From a virus: a DNA stretch of 37,678 bases. A model generated the notes under the pieces. The model did not search any database. It saw nothing but the letters and a program-made list of their open reading frames with translations, and was not told the DNA's origin. Where the stretch lies: positions 1 through 37,678 of IMG/VR virus record IMGVR_UViG_3300046747_000386; one strand, given 5' to 3'. The position numbers and the translations under genes were made by a program. Below, in pieces: positions 1 to 9,029 of this stretch. How positions within the stretch are numbered: the stretch's first letter is position 1; each line of letters opens with the position of its first letter.

Positions 1-127
1 TCGTCGAGGTCCTTGAGCAGCCCGTCCATGTCCTTGCGGATGGTGCGCGTGGCGCCCTGCTGCCCGCTCTCGAACGCGCCCTCGGCCGCGCGCGCCTTCG
101 CTAGCACGTCCTGCGAAAAGCCGCGCT
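1..127. repeat. Terminal direct repeat copy 1 (exact duplicate of 37552..37678); assembly overlap of a circular or circularly permuted genome
   Basis: Read directly: tcgtcgaggtccttgagcag...ctgcgaaaagccgcgct at 1-127 recurs base for base at 37552-37678. Confidence 0.95.
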
Positions 128-1193
128 CTGGGGCAGTCAGCTCAGTGCTGCGCAAGGGGCCCGCAACCGACTGCGCCTCGATCGGATCCATGCCCACAAC
201 GCTGGGCGTCACGTCGTTCGCCACCGGCCCGCCTCCGACTGCCTCGCCCACGTCGTCCGCGAGCGACGTCGGGAGCGCGTCGGCCGCAGCTCCTGGGAGC
301 GCCTTCTTGCCGCCTATGCCGACGGCGTCGCCCACTGCGCCCGCGGCCCTCTTCGCCCCGCGGCCGACCGCCCGCCCAGCCGCCCCGAGCGCCCCGAGCC
401 CGAGCTCGAGCCCCACACCCGCGCCGCCGCCCTTCCAGACGCTGTCGAGCATGCGCTCAGCAGTCACGTCCACGTCGCCGTTGGCCGCGTCGTCGAGCAC
501 CGTGCGTATCGCTTGGTCGGCTGCGCCCTCGAGGCCCGTGGCCAGCGCGCGCGCGCCGACCTGCCCAGCACGCGACGCGGTCCACGCGGCGGCCTTGCTG
601 CCGAGGTGCGTCGCGAGCTTCGCGCCGAGGTTCGCCTCGACGCCAGCCGGCAGAAGCCGCGCGACCGCTCCGCCTGCGCCTGCGCCGCCTGAGAGAAGCG
701 CGGGAGCGACTGCGCCGACCACGTTGGTCGCCACCGACGTGACGGGGTTGTACTCCTCGCGCAGGCGCCGCTCGCGGTCGTAGTCGTCGCCCGCGAGCAG
801 GCTCGCGCCCGCACCGTAGAGGCCGACCGTCGCGCCCTGGGCAAGGCCCTCTGCGCCGGCTGCGACCTGCGAGCCGACGTCGCCGTACTCCTCGGCATCG
901 CGCTGTTGCGCCATCTCCTTGACGGAGGCGACGCGGTAGCCGTCAGCGAGCAGGCTGTCGACGTCGGCCGCGTCGGCGTTCACCGCGGTGCCGTCGGGCG
1001 CGTACAGGTTCACGATGTCGCCGAGACCTTGCGGCGCGGGCGAGTCCGGCATCGGCTGTGGAGCGGCATCGACGGGTGGCGCGGACGAGGGCGCCGGACC
1101 CGCGAGCTTGTAGCCCTCGGAGAGCAAACTCTCGACGTGCTCCGGGTCCGTGTTCACGGCGGAGCCGTCGGGCGCGAGAAGGTTCACGCTCAT
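1..1193 (-). CDS. 5' part of a 959-aa virion internal/ejection-type protein that wraps the linearisation point (continues 37678 down to 35865; 1-127 is the duplicated overlap)
   Basis: ATG at 1193-1191 overlaps the stop of the 572-aa gene (ATGA). I translated the minus frame by hand from 1193 to 1 with no stop (MSVNLLAPDGSAVNTDPEHVESLLSEGYKLAGPAPSS...GFSQDVLAKARAAEGAFESGQ). It runs in frame into the ORF listed as 35865..37658. This part is absent from the ORF track because it has no stop inside it. Confidence 0.8.
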   Translation of the reverse strand, partial: MSVNLLAPDGSAVNTDPEHVESLLSEGYKLAGPAPSSAPPVDAAPQPMPDSPAPQGLGDIVNLYAPDGTAVNADAADVDSLLADGYRVASVKEMAQQRDAEEYGDVGSQVAAGAEGLAQGATVGLYGAGASLLAGDDYDRERRLREEYNPVTSVATNVVGAVAPALLSGGAGAGGAVARLLPAGVEANLGAKLATHLGSKAAAWTASRAGQVGARALATGLEGAADQAIRTVLDDAANGDVDVTAERMLDSVWKGGGAGVGLELGLGALGAAGRAVGRGAKRAAGAVGDAVGIGGKKALPGAAADALPTSLADDVGEAVGGGPVANDVTPSVVGMDPIEAQSVAGPLRSTELTAPERGFSQDVLAKARAAEGAFESGQQGATRTIRKDMDGLLKDLD

Positions 1194-2908
1194 TTGCGCA
1201 TCCATGCAGCGAGCTGCGCTTGGGCTGCGTCTGAGACGGCGTCCTCGCTGTCCTGCTTCTGGGCAACGGCGCGCACGTCGTCCAGGCTCACGCTGGATTG
1301 CGGGAGACCAGCAGACACGCCGCGGCTGGCTGCGCTGGGCGCGGCAAAGCCCTTGCGCACGCGCGGGTCGTTCTCGCGCTTCGGCGGCGCTCCGCTTCTG
1401 CCAGCGAGCCCCGAGGCCTTCGCGAGGCTGTCCGCGTCGCGCTGCGTGGTCTCTTTGATGGAGCGGATCTTCTCGTCTGGTGTGTTGATGAGCCACGCCG
1501 TCGGGTCGCCGACCATCTCCTCGAGAAACTCCACCGAGCCCTTGTCGAGCGTGCCAAGCTCCTTCGCGTCCTTGACTGCCAGCTTGATCGATGCGCCGAT
1601 CGCGTTGGCGCGCTTGTTCGCATTGGTGCCAGGAAGGCCGACGGCCACATAGTGTTCGTCGCGCAGCGCGAGCAGCTCGTCGATGCCGGCTGACAAGTCG
1701 CGCGCCACCCTGTCGGTGTCGGCCAAAGTCTTGCGCTCGGCCGTCGACAGCTGGTTGTAAACGTCCGGGTCTGCGACCGTGCGCCCCGTCGGCGTCTTGG
1801 CTCCCGCCTGCAACGGGGCCTCTTTGCCATCGCCCTTGGGCGCGAGCTGGTTCGCAATGCCGAGGTCGCCGCTGACGCCCGCCTGGCGCAGTTTCGTCTT
1901 CTCAGCGAGCACCTTCTGGCCGACCTCGCCGAGATCGGCGTCCGACATGGCAGCGAGCTCCGGCTCGCTCTTCGCCCAGAAGCGCTCGCGCAGCTGCCTC
2001 TCGCGCAGGCTGCCCGCTCCGGCTGCCGCCTTCTGCTGCGCTGCCTGCTTGGCCTGCTCGAGCTTCACCAGGCGATCGCGCGTCTGCTGATACACGTCGA
2101 GCTTGAGCTGCTCGGCCGCGAGCTTTCCCTGCTCGCCCATGCCCTGCTCGGTCGCGACGTCGATCGCCGCGTTGATTTCGTGCGCTCTGAGCGCGACCAT
2201 CTTCGCGCCGACGTCGATCACGTGCGACTCGGTCGCGTTGTTCATGTCCACGCCGCGTGTGAGCGCCTGGTAGAGGTTGCTGTTCGCCTGCTGCTCAGCT
2301 GCCCACTGCTCACGGTCGGGCGCCAGCATCTTGCCGATCATGGCCGCGCCTTGGGCTGCGCCGCCGTTGCCGCCGAGCGCCAGGATGCTGCCGATGACGC
2401 CCATCACGGTCTCGGACGTCGAGCGATCGGGCGGGCGCTTGTGCGCCTCCATCTCATCGAGGACCTTCCTCGCGCGCGCCTCGTCGAGCTTGCGCTGCTT
2501 TCTGCTCTCCTGCGCGTCGGCGTCTGCCCTCTCGTACTCGCTCTTCGCGTGCGCTTGCTGGTCCTGGCGAATCTCCGCCTTCTTCGCATGCTCAGCGACG
2601 GTCTTCTGCCCGCTCTCGTCGACCAGCGCGGCACGCTTGTTCGCGTCTGCAAGGTCCTGGTCCTGGTACTCGCGGATAGCCTGCGCTGGACGCGCAGCCG
2701 TCGAGCGCTGAATCTCCGGCATCTGCTCGGGACCAGGCGGTGGCGGCGCGGTCGGCATCGGCGCAGGAGCGGGCACAGGCGCTGCCTGCTGCACGGGCAG
2801 AGGCTCGTAGCGCCCGCCCGTGTCGACGGCCGCGAGTGCGCGCTGCATCTCGTCGGGCGAGAGGCCCGCGAGCTGCTGAGAAGAGCCGCCTAGGTCGTAT
2901 CCCGCCAC
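1190..2908 (-). CDS. Coiled-coil virion internal/ejection-type protein, 572 aa
   Basis: ORF track; GTG start. Long charged helical stretches (AEHAKKAEIRQDQQAHAKSEYERADADAQESRKQRKLDEARARK). Lies in the run of genes between the large tail protein and the fibre genes. Function inferred from position only. Confidence 0.6.
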   Translation of the reverse strand: MAGYDLGGSSQQLAGLSPDEMQRALAAVDTGGRYEPLPVQQAAPVPAPAPMPTAPPPPGPEQMPEIQRSTAARPAQAIREYQDQDLADANKRAALVDESGQKTVAEHAKKAEIRQDQQAHAKSEYERADADAQESRKQRKLDEARARKVLDEMEAHKRPPDRSTSETVMGVIGSILALGGNGGAAQGAAMIGKMLAPDREQWAAEQQANSNLYQALTRGVDMNNATESHVIDVGAKMVALRAHEINAAIDVATEQGMGEQGKLAAEQLKLDVYQQTRDRLVKLEQAKQAAQQKAAAGAGSLRERQLRERFWAKSEPELAAMSDADLGEVGQKVLAEKTKLRQAGVSGDLGIANQLAPKGDGKEAPLQAGAKTPTGRTVADPDVYNQLSTAERKTLADTDRVARDLSAGIDELLALRDEHYVAVGLPGTNANKRANAIGASIKLAVKDAKELGTLDKGSVEFLEEMVGDPTAWLINTPDEKIRSIKETTQRDADSLAKASGLAGRSGAPPKRENDPRVRKGFAAPSAASRGVSAGLPQSSVSLDDVRAVAQKQDSEDAVSDAAQAQLAAWMRK

Positions 2909-2911
2909 GTG

Positions 2912-3232
2912 TTAGCTCCCGCCAAAGCTGTAGATCTTGCTGACGATGCCGAGCGCCCTATCGAGGCCGTTCTTCTCGCCCTCCTGCGCCGTCAGGCCCT
3001 GCGTCGCGCCGACGTACTTCTGCGCCTGTTGCCAGCCGTCCTGCTGCTGCGTCTGCGTCTGCGGCTGGCTGGTCTGCGGCTGCGAGCCCCAGCCTGCGCC
3101 GGAAATGTCTGTCGTCGCGGTGGTGGTCGGCACGCGGTAGTCGCTGCCCACGTTCGCGAGCGCGCCGTTCTGCTCTTCCGTCGTGAGGTCCGAGGTGAGC
3201 CCGCTTGCGTAGTTGCCGAGGTTAAATGCCAT
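2912..3232 (-). CDS. Hypothetical virion protein, 106 aa, Thr/Gln-rich middle (QPQTSQPQTQTQQQ)
   Basis: ORF track; GAGG-type SD 8 nt upstream; sits in the structural block. Confidence 0.6.
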   Translation of the reverse strand: MAFNLGNYASGLTSDLTTEEQNGALANVGSDYRVPTTTATTDISGAGWGSQPQTSQPQTQTQQQDGWQQAQKYVGATQGLTAQEGEKNGLDRALGIVSKIYSFGGS

Positions 3233-3240
3233 GGCCTACC

Positions 3241-4245
3241 TCACTTTCCGCTTCCGCCGAGGATGCCGAGCGTGCCCATGTTGATGCCCTTCATCGTGTT
3301 CGCGTATGCAGAGTTTTCCTTCGCCGCCTGCGCGCGCCCCGCCTCGGTCTGTATGTCGCCACCGAGCTGCCCCGTGTACTGCTGGCCGAGGTTCTGGTTG
3401 AACATGCCCGCGCGCTGCGCGCCCGCGCTACCGACAGCGCTGCCCTCGGCCATGCCCGTCTGCGTGTTCTGCCCGCTGAGCGACTGCTGCTGGCCCACTG
3501 AGGCGAGGCCGTGCTGCGCGTTCGCCTGCTCGAGCGCCGCACGTTGGCCAAGGAGGCTCAGGCCCGTGCCCGTCGCGCCTTGCTGCCGCGCCGCTTGGAG
3601 CTGCGCCGCGCCCGAGCGAATGTCCGCCGCCTGCGCGACTGCTTGGTTACGCATCGCGTTGAGCTGGTTCGCCTCCTGCGCGCGGATTGCCTGCTGGTCG
3701 AGCGCCGCCTGCTGGTTGCCCGCGCCCGACGTCGCCAGCGCCGTGCGCAGCGAGCCACCACCGCGACCTGCTGCGAGCGCGAGTGCGTTCGTCTGGTTTC
3801 TGTTCTGCGCTGCATTGAACGCGGAGTCCGCCGCAGACTGGTACTCGCCCGCTGCGTTCTTGGCGTAGCCCTCGAGCTGGTCTGCGCTGCCGAGAGCGCC
3901 GCCGAGCGCTTGGTCCGCGCCCGCGCCGTATTGCGTGGCCTTGCCCAGCTCTGCACCGCGCTGCTCTTCGCCGAGGCCGCGCGTCTTCTCGACGTCCTCG
4001 CCGTAGCTCTGCCGCTCTGCGCCGACCTGGCCCGTGAGCCGGTCCTTGTCGCGCTGCTGCTGCATGCGCTCTTGGGACAGCTGCGCAAGCCCAGTGTCCT
4101 CCAGCTCCTGAGCTTGCCCGAGGCGCTTCTCGTTCCCGCGCTCGATCTCCTGAGCGCGGAGCCGGCTCCCGCCGCCGTAGTACTGCTTGTCCGGCGTCTC
4201 GGCCTTCTTCTTTTTTGCTCGACGATCTCGAATGCGCTCGCCCAT
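3241..4245 (-). CDS. Gln/Ala/Gly-rich low-complexity virion internal-type protein, 334 aa
   Basis: ORF track. Basic N-terminus (RRAKKKKAETPDK) followed by a long Q/A/G-rich sequence. Function from position only. Confidence 0.6.
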   Translation of the reverse strand: MGERIRDRRAKKKKAETPDKQYYGGGSRLRAQEIERGNEKRLGQAQELEDTGLAQLSQERMQQQRDKDRLTGQVGAERQSYGEDVEKTRGLGEEQRGAELGKATQYGAGADQALGGALGSADQLEGYAKNAAGEYQSAADSAFNAAQNRNQTNALALAAGRGGGSLRTALATSGAGNQQAALDQQAIRAQEANQLNAMRNQAVAQAADIRSGAAQLQAARQQGATGTGLSLLGQRAALEQANAQHGLASVGQQQSLSGQNTQTGMAEGSAVGSAGAQRAGMFNQNLGQQYTGQLGGDIQTEAGRAQAAKENSAYANTMKGINMGTLGILGGSGK

Positions 4246-4248
4246 GGC

Positions 4249-7200
4249 CTATCTCCTCGCTGCCGTGCGCATGGCCAGCATCAGCTTGCCGGGGTTCTTC
4301 CTCAGCTCGACCGTGCAGTGAATCGGCTGAAACGCCTCGCCCACCGCGCCCGTCTCCGTGAACTGCAGCTGCACCGCGCGCGCCTGCTGCACTGTCGGCT
4401 CCGCAAACAGCGCGTAGCGCTTGCTCGTCGTCGTGTCGTCGACCGCGCTCGCGATGTCCGCCGCCGAGTAGGCCTTGGTGGAGTCGAACGTGCCGCGGTA
4501 GTCGGTCGCCGTCTTCACGGCGAGACCGTGCGCGCCCGCGCGCTTCGCATGCATCAGCACATTCGCGATGACCTGGTCGTCCTGCGCGCCGCCGAAGGTG
4601 ATGAGCCCCGTCAGGATGTCGATCTGCGCGGTTTGCGAGACCGAGTCCGAGTCCATCAGCCAAAGCTCGCCCGCGTCGCCGTAGTAGAGGACTTTCCCGC
4701 TCGCAGGCACCTGCGCGACCGCCGTAATGGACGTCACACCCGTGACGGCCTGGTCCCACTCGGTGAACGCATCGACAGCCCAGTTGTAGACGTAGCAAAA
4801 ACCGTCTGCGCAGAAGAAAACGACCTCCTGCGCCTTACGAAACACTGCTGTGCCGACGATCGGACCGTGCAGCAGCGCGTCGACGTCTGAAAACTCCTTG
4901 ATCGCGCCCTGAAAGAGCACAAAACGGTCCGCCGACACGAACATCACGCCCACCGGCGTCTTCACGACGCTGTTTCGCTGCGTGCACGACGTGTCAGAGA
5001 GCTGCTGCGGCGCCGAATAGTCAGGCGGGTTCAAAAGCGCGTCAGGACCTTCGCCCGCGACCGTCCACAGCCCGTTCGAGCAGAGAAAAAGAGGCGTCTC
5101 GCGCAAGTTCGAGGTCGCGACGCCGCGTCCAGCGTTGCTGGGCACGTCCACGAACAAGTCCGGGCTCATCTCGAAGAACACGCCGATCTCACGCGGCTTG
5201 CTAAACCACCAGCGCAGCGGTCTCTCGGCATCGAGCAGCCACAGGCGGTTCGCGACCACGTCTGCATCGAGGCACGCGTTCGGCATGAACGCCGGCAGAG
5301 GCTGCGTCGCGCTCCCGTCTGTGTAGAGCGCCGGGTGAAACGCATCCACGACAGGCAGCGGAATGGTGTTGAACGTCCACGTGCGGAAGGTCTCGCCGTA
5401 GATGCCCGCCGAGCTGAGCATCGACTGCGCGTAGAGCACGACGCCGTTCGCGTAGGACGCGTAGATCGTGATCGTGAACAGCTCCTGCGTGGCGCCGTTT
5501 CGGTGCGTGATGGGCGCGGACACGATCAGCGTCGGCTGCGTGGGGTTCACGAGTGTGACGGGGTTACTCGGCGCGCTCCGGTGGATCTGCCCTTGTGCGT
5601 CCTTGTAGTGCACGACCGCCGCGAACCGGAACGTGCCGGCCGGGAACACGGGCCCTGAGCCGCCAACCAGCGTCGTGGCGACAATCGTCGGCAGCCGCAT
5701 CGGAGATAGCTCGGTCACCTGGCTGCCGTCCCAGACGGCCGGGAGCGCGCCTGCAATGACCGTCTCGCCGATGCCCGTGGGCGCGAACGAAGGCTGCACG
5801 TTGCCAAGCTCGAGCCACGCGTAGCGCGTCAGAAAGCCGTACGGCGTGAGCCCCTCCTCGATGTTCTCGCCGAGGTAGGTGACGAGCACGCGCGAGCCGT
5901 GCGCGATGACGCTGTTGCTCGAGCTGATGAACATGGCGTTCACGGCGCTCGACGGGCCCGGGTAGCGCACCACGATGTCGGTGCCGAGTCGCGCGATCGG
6001 GTAGAACAGAAGCCTGAGCGGGCCCGTCTCTTTCGCGCCGACGTGGAGGCGCAGCACCTCGATGCTCGGGTCGAACACGAACGCGCTTGAGAGTGGATTG
6101 TAGGTGTTGACGTTGCTGCTCTGGTCGTAACAAATCTGCGTCGTGATGAGCGCGTGGATGTCGGTCGGGCTGTTGGTCTGCGTGGCGATCTGGCCGACCA
6201 AGATCTGAAAAGGGATGTTCTCCGAGTAGACGAGCGCGAGCGTGCCCGGAGCGCGACACTCGACGTACGTCCCGCGAATGCCCGCGGAGAGGCCCGTCAC
6301 AGCGAGCACGCGATAGACCACGCCGGGGTTGGTCGCCTGGAAGGTCTGAAAGCCCACGCCGACAGGACCGTTGATGCCGCTCGCGAAGTTACTGACGGCC
6401 GTAAACACGAGCGCCGGCGTCAGCTCGACCAGCGTCCACGAGCCGACCGACAGACCCAAGATGACTGCGTCGCCTGCACGGTACGCGAGGCCGACGTTCG
6501 TGATCGCAAGCGCACCCACGTACGTGTACGGAGCCGCGATCGCGAGCGTGGCCGTGTCGATGCGCAAGACGACTTGATTGTTCGCGGTCACGTTGTGCTG
6601 ACACGTGAGGTACACGTTCGCGGTGTCGGCCGCGTCGTAGGCGATCTGCGTGCGCGCGTAGCCGTTCGTCGCGACCGGCCCGAAGATTCCCACCCACGCG
6701 CCGAGCGTCAGCTGCAGGCCGCCCGTGAGCGTGAGATGCGCGGCCGAGATGCCGCCACCAGCGCCGCCGAACCCACGCCACAGGATGACCGTGCTCCCGT
6801 GCGCGGAGATGCCGAGGAAGTTGTCTTTGCTGTCTGCCAAGACGCCAAGCCCGAAGGCGTCGCCCACGAACGTCTGTGCGACGACCACGCGCCCCGCGTC
6901 GTCGATGACCGTGACGACGATGGCGCACGAGGTCGATCCACGCGGCACAAGCGCCGCAAACCACGTCTGGCCCGCGCTCTCTACGTAAGCGCAGCAAGAG
7001 TTGTAGTAGCTCCGCTGCACGCCCGGCACCGTGCCTGCGTTCACGACCTGCGCAGGGTAGTAGCTGCTCTTCGGCTGCCCGAAGGCGTAGATGCCGTTCG
7101 AGACGCCCACGTCATCGTCTGCAATGCGCCGCGACGCCGTAACCGGGTCGAGCAGGAGCAGACTCGAGTCGAGCGCGCCCGACGGCACAAGCCCGCCGCA

Positions 7201-7398
7201 CGGCGCCGTGAGGCCGCTCGCGAGCTGCGTGCACCCAGGCGCCTTCGCCACCATGCCCGGCACCTTCGTGAGGCGCGTGTTACGCGAGCGCACGAGCCGC
7301 GGCCGTGCGCCCATCGGCTGCACGTTCTCCTCAGCCGACACATTGTCGATGCCGAGAGCGAGCGAGAAGGTGGCGAGGCTCGTGCGCGGGTCCGCCAT
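4249..7398 (-). CDS. Large tail structural protein, 1049 aa (candidate nozzle / tail tubular B-like)
   Basis: ORF track. Beta-rich composition with normal amino-acid usage. Start shares 1 nt with the upstream stop. It occupies the position after the adaptor-type genes, as gp12 does in the T7 order. No motif recognised. Confidence 0.6.
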   Translation of the reverse strand: MADPRTSLATFSLALGIDNVSAEENVQPMGARPRLVRSRNTRLTKVPGMVAKAPGCTQLASGLTAPCGGLVPSGALDSSLLLLDPVTASRRIADDDVGVSNGIYAFGQPKSSYYPAQVVNAGTVPGVQRSYYNSCCAYVESAGQTWFAALVPRGSTSCAIVVTVIDDAGRVVVAQTFVGDAFGLGVLADSKDNFLGISAHGSTVILWRGFGGAGGGISAAHLTLTGGLQLTLGAWVGIFGPVATNGYARTQIAYDAADTANVYLTCQHNVTANNQVVLRIDTATLAIAAPYTYVGALAITNVGLAYRAGDAVILGLSVGSWTLVELTPALVFTAVSNFASGINGPVGVGFQTFQATNPGVVYRVLAVTGLSAGIRGTYVECRAPGTLALVYSENIPFQILVGQIATQTNSPTDIHALITTQICYDQSSNVNTYNPLSSAFVFDPSIEVLRLHVGAKETGPLRLLFYPIARLGTDIVVRYPGPSSAVNAMFISSSNSVIAHGSRVLVTYLGENIEEGLTPYGFLTRYAWLELGNVQPSFAPTGIGETVIAGALPAVWDGSQVTELSPMRLPTIVATTLVGGSGPVFPAGTFRFAAVVHYKDAQGQIHRSAPSNPVTLVNPTQPTLIVSAPITHRNGATQELFTITIYASYANGVVLYAQSMLSSAGIYGETFRTWTFNTIPLPVVDAFHPALYTDGSATQPLPAFMPNACLDADVVANRLWLLDAERPLRWWFSKPREIGVFFEMSPDLFVDVPSNAGRGVATSNLRETPLFLCSNGLWTVAGEGPDALLNPPDYSAPQQLSDTSCTQRNSVVKTPVGVMFVSADRFVLFQGAIKEFSDVDALLHGPIVGTAVFRKAQEVVFFCADGFCYVYNWAVDAFTEWDQAVTGVTSITAVAQVPASGKVLYYGDAGELWLMDSDSVSQTAQIDILTGLITFGGAQDDQVIANVLMHAKRAGAHGLAVKTATDYRGTFDSTKAYSAADIASAVDDTTTSKRYALFAEPTVQQARAVQLQFTETGAVGEAFQPIHCTVELRKNPGKLMLAMRTAARR

Positions 7399-7700
7399 CA
7401 GAACACCCAGACCCTCAGCGTCACGTCCGCAGATGCGGAGAGCGCGATGTAGATCGCATCAAAAACGGCGAACGGCCCAATCGGTGCGCCCAGTGTCGCC
7501 GTGACCGTGCCGGCCTGAGTGCTGCCGACAATGGTCGCACCGCGGTATGCCCGTCCTAGACCATGCGGGAACACCTTGACCGGCCCGTCCGCGACCACGA
7601 ACGTGCAGTCGAGCAGCTTGCCGTCGACGATCGGACACGCTGTGGCGAGCTGCCGGTAGAACTCGAGCAGCGTCGTCGCTTCTGTGATCTGAGGCAGCAC
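7398..7700 (-). CDS. Hypothetical structural protein, 100 aa
   Basis: ORF track; GTG start 1 nt after the upstream stop; beta-rich. Confidence 0.55.
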   Translation of the reverse strand: MLPQITEATTLLEFYRQLATACPIVDGKLLDCTFVVADGPVKVFPHGLGRAYRGATIVGSTQAGTVTATLGAPIGPFAVFDAIYIALSASADVTLRVWVF

Positions 7701-7701
7701 G

Positions 7702-8385
7702 TCAGTAGCCCCACCAGCGATGAGGCCACGGGCCGCCGCTGTGCCTCAGGCCCGCCACATCGCGCGGCTGCTTCACGCCGTTCCTGTCGCGCCGCGCCGC
7801 CTTCACGTCGTCGAGCGCCTGCGCACGCTCCTGCGCGAACTCGGCATAGTCCTTCTCCTGGCGCTGCCGGACGATGCAACAGGCGTTGTAGATAATCCAC
7901 GTGTCCCAGCCGAGCTGCCCGACGAGCGTGTCCGCAGCGGTCGCAATGAACGCGCCCGTCGAGTAGCGCAGGCTGAGCGTGTAGGCGGCCTGAGGCGTCG
8001 GGAACAGCTCGAGCGCATCCTCGCGCAGCCGATAGCGCGGCACGCACGCGTCCCACGCAAGCGACGGGTTTGCGGGGATCTCCTCGAGGTTCGCCTGCTC
8101 GAGCGGCACGAGCGTGTTCGCGTCGCGCACCCAGTGCACGCGATAGAGGCTCGAGAAGTTTGGGGGCAACGCGACACTCGCGACGTTCGCGACCGTGGGC
8201 ACGTTCGTGGTCGTCACGAAGTACCAGCTGTCGTCGTCGAGCAGGAGCGAGAGCTTGCGCGCGCTCTCCTGCAAGAACGACAGGATGGCGGCGCTCGTGA
8301 TGAGCGTCTCGGTGGTGTAGACGGGGAGGGCGCAGCGGAGCCTGACCGCTTCCTGCAAGCTTGCTACGGGAAATGGCACGCTCAC
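7702..8385 (-). CDS. Putative head-tail adaptor / head completion protein, 227 aa
   Basis: ORF track; GTG start preceded by GGGGGA. Position between the capsid genes and the large tail protein. Function is positional inference. Confidence 0.5.
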   Translation of the reverse strand: MSVPFPVASLQEAVRLRCALPVYTTETLITSAAILSFLQESARKLSLLLDDDSWYFVTTTNVPTVANVASVALPPNFSSLYRVHWVRDANTLVPLEQANLEEIPANPSLAWDACVPRYRLREDALELFPTPQAAYTLSLRYSTGAFIATAADTLVGQLGWDTWIIYNACCIVRQRQEKDYAEFAQERAQALDDVKAARRDRNGVKQPRDVAGLRHSGGPWPHRWWGY

Positions 8386-8394
8386 GCTGTCCCC

Positions 8395-8643
8395 CTACTC
8401 GTCGTCTTCTTCGGCTTCGTCCTCGTAGTCGTCGTCGCAGCACTCCATCATCTGCGTGAACGCGTCGGCCAAAGCCGCCTCATCGTCGCGTCGAATGGCC
8501 TTGAGCATCGCTCGTGCCGCGAGCGTCTTCGCGTCGTCCTCGCCGCTCTCTTCTTCGTCGTCTTCGCCCAAGGCGGCCCCTTTGCCCTTCGGCTTGTCGC
8601 CGATGAGCAGGAGGCCGCCGAGCTCGTCGCTTGGCTTCTTCAT
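8395..8643 (-). CDS. Hyper-acidic small protein, 82 aa (C-terminus CCDDDYEDEAEEDDE)
   Basis: ORF track; start shares 1 nt with the upstream stop. Confidence 0.6.
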   Translation of the reverse strand: MKKPSDELGGLLLIGDKPKGKGAALGEDDEEESGEDDAKTLAARAMLKAIRRDDEAALADAFTQMMECCDDDYEDEAEEDDE

Positions 8644-9017
8644 CAGTGCGACGTCCCGATGATGACGACGGTGATGGCCTTGCCCGTGCTGTCGGCCGGC
8701 GTAGAGCCGCCCGCGGTCACGGTCGTGATGATGACGATGTTAGAGCCCTCGAGCATGTCGCCCGCGCTCATCTGTCCCGTCGTGCCGCCCGCGTCCGCGG
8801 TCAACACGATGGCGTTGCGTAGCGCCATGGGCAGCGTGATCACAGTCACGCCCGTGGCAGTGCGCTCGATCTTGGTCGGGCCGCGCGTCTTGTTGACGTC
8901 GACGACGGGCTGGCCCGCGCCCGCGGTGGTGAACCGCGCCGTGAACATGACCGTCTCGCCGCTGACAGCGCGACGCTTGACGAGCGAGAAAACGTTCGGG
9001 TCTCCATAGAGCGCCAT
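8643..9017 (-). CDS. Small beta-rich head-associated protein, 124 aa (possible decoration protein)
   Basis: ORF track; AAGGGAG SD upstream; immediately downstream of the capsid gene. Confidence 0.6.
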   Translation of the reverse strand: MALYGDPNVFSLVKRRAVSGETVMFTARFTTAGAGQPVVDVNKTRGPTKIERTATGVTVITLPMALRNAIVLTADAGGTTGQMSAGDMLEGSNIVIITTVTAGGSTPADSTGKAITVVIIGTSH

Positions 9018-9029
9018 AATCAGCTCCCT

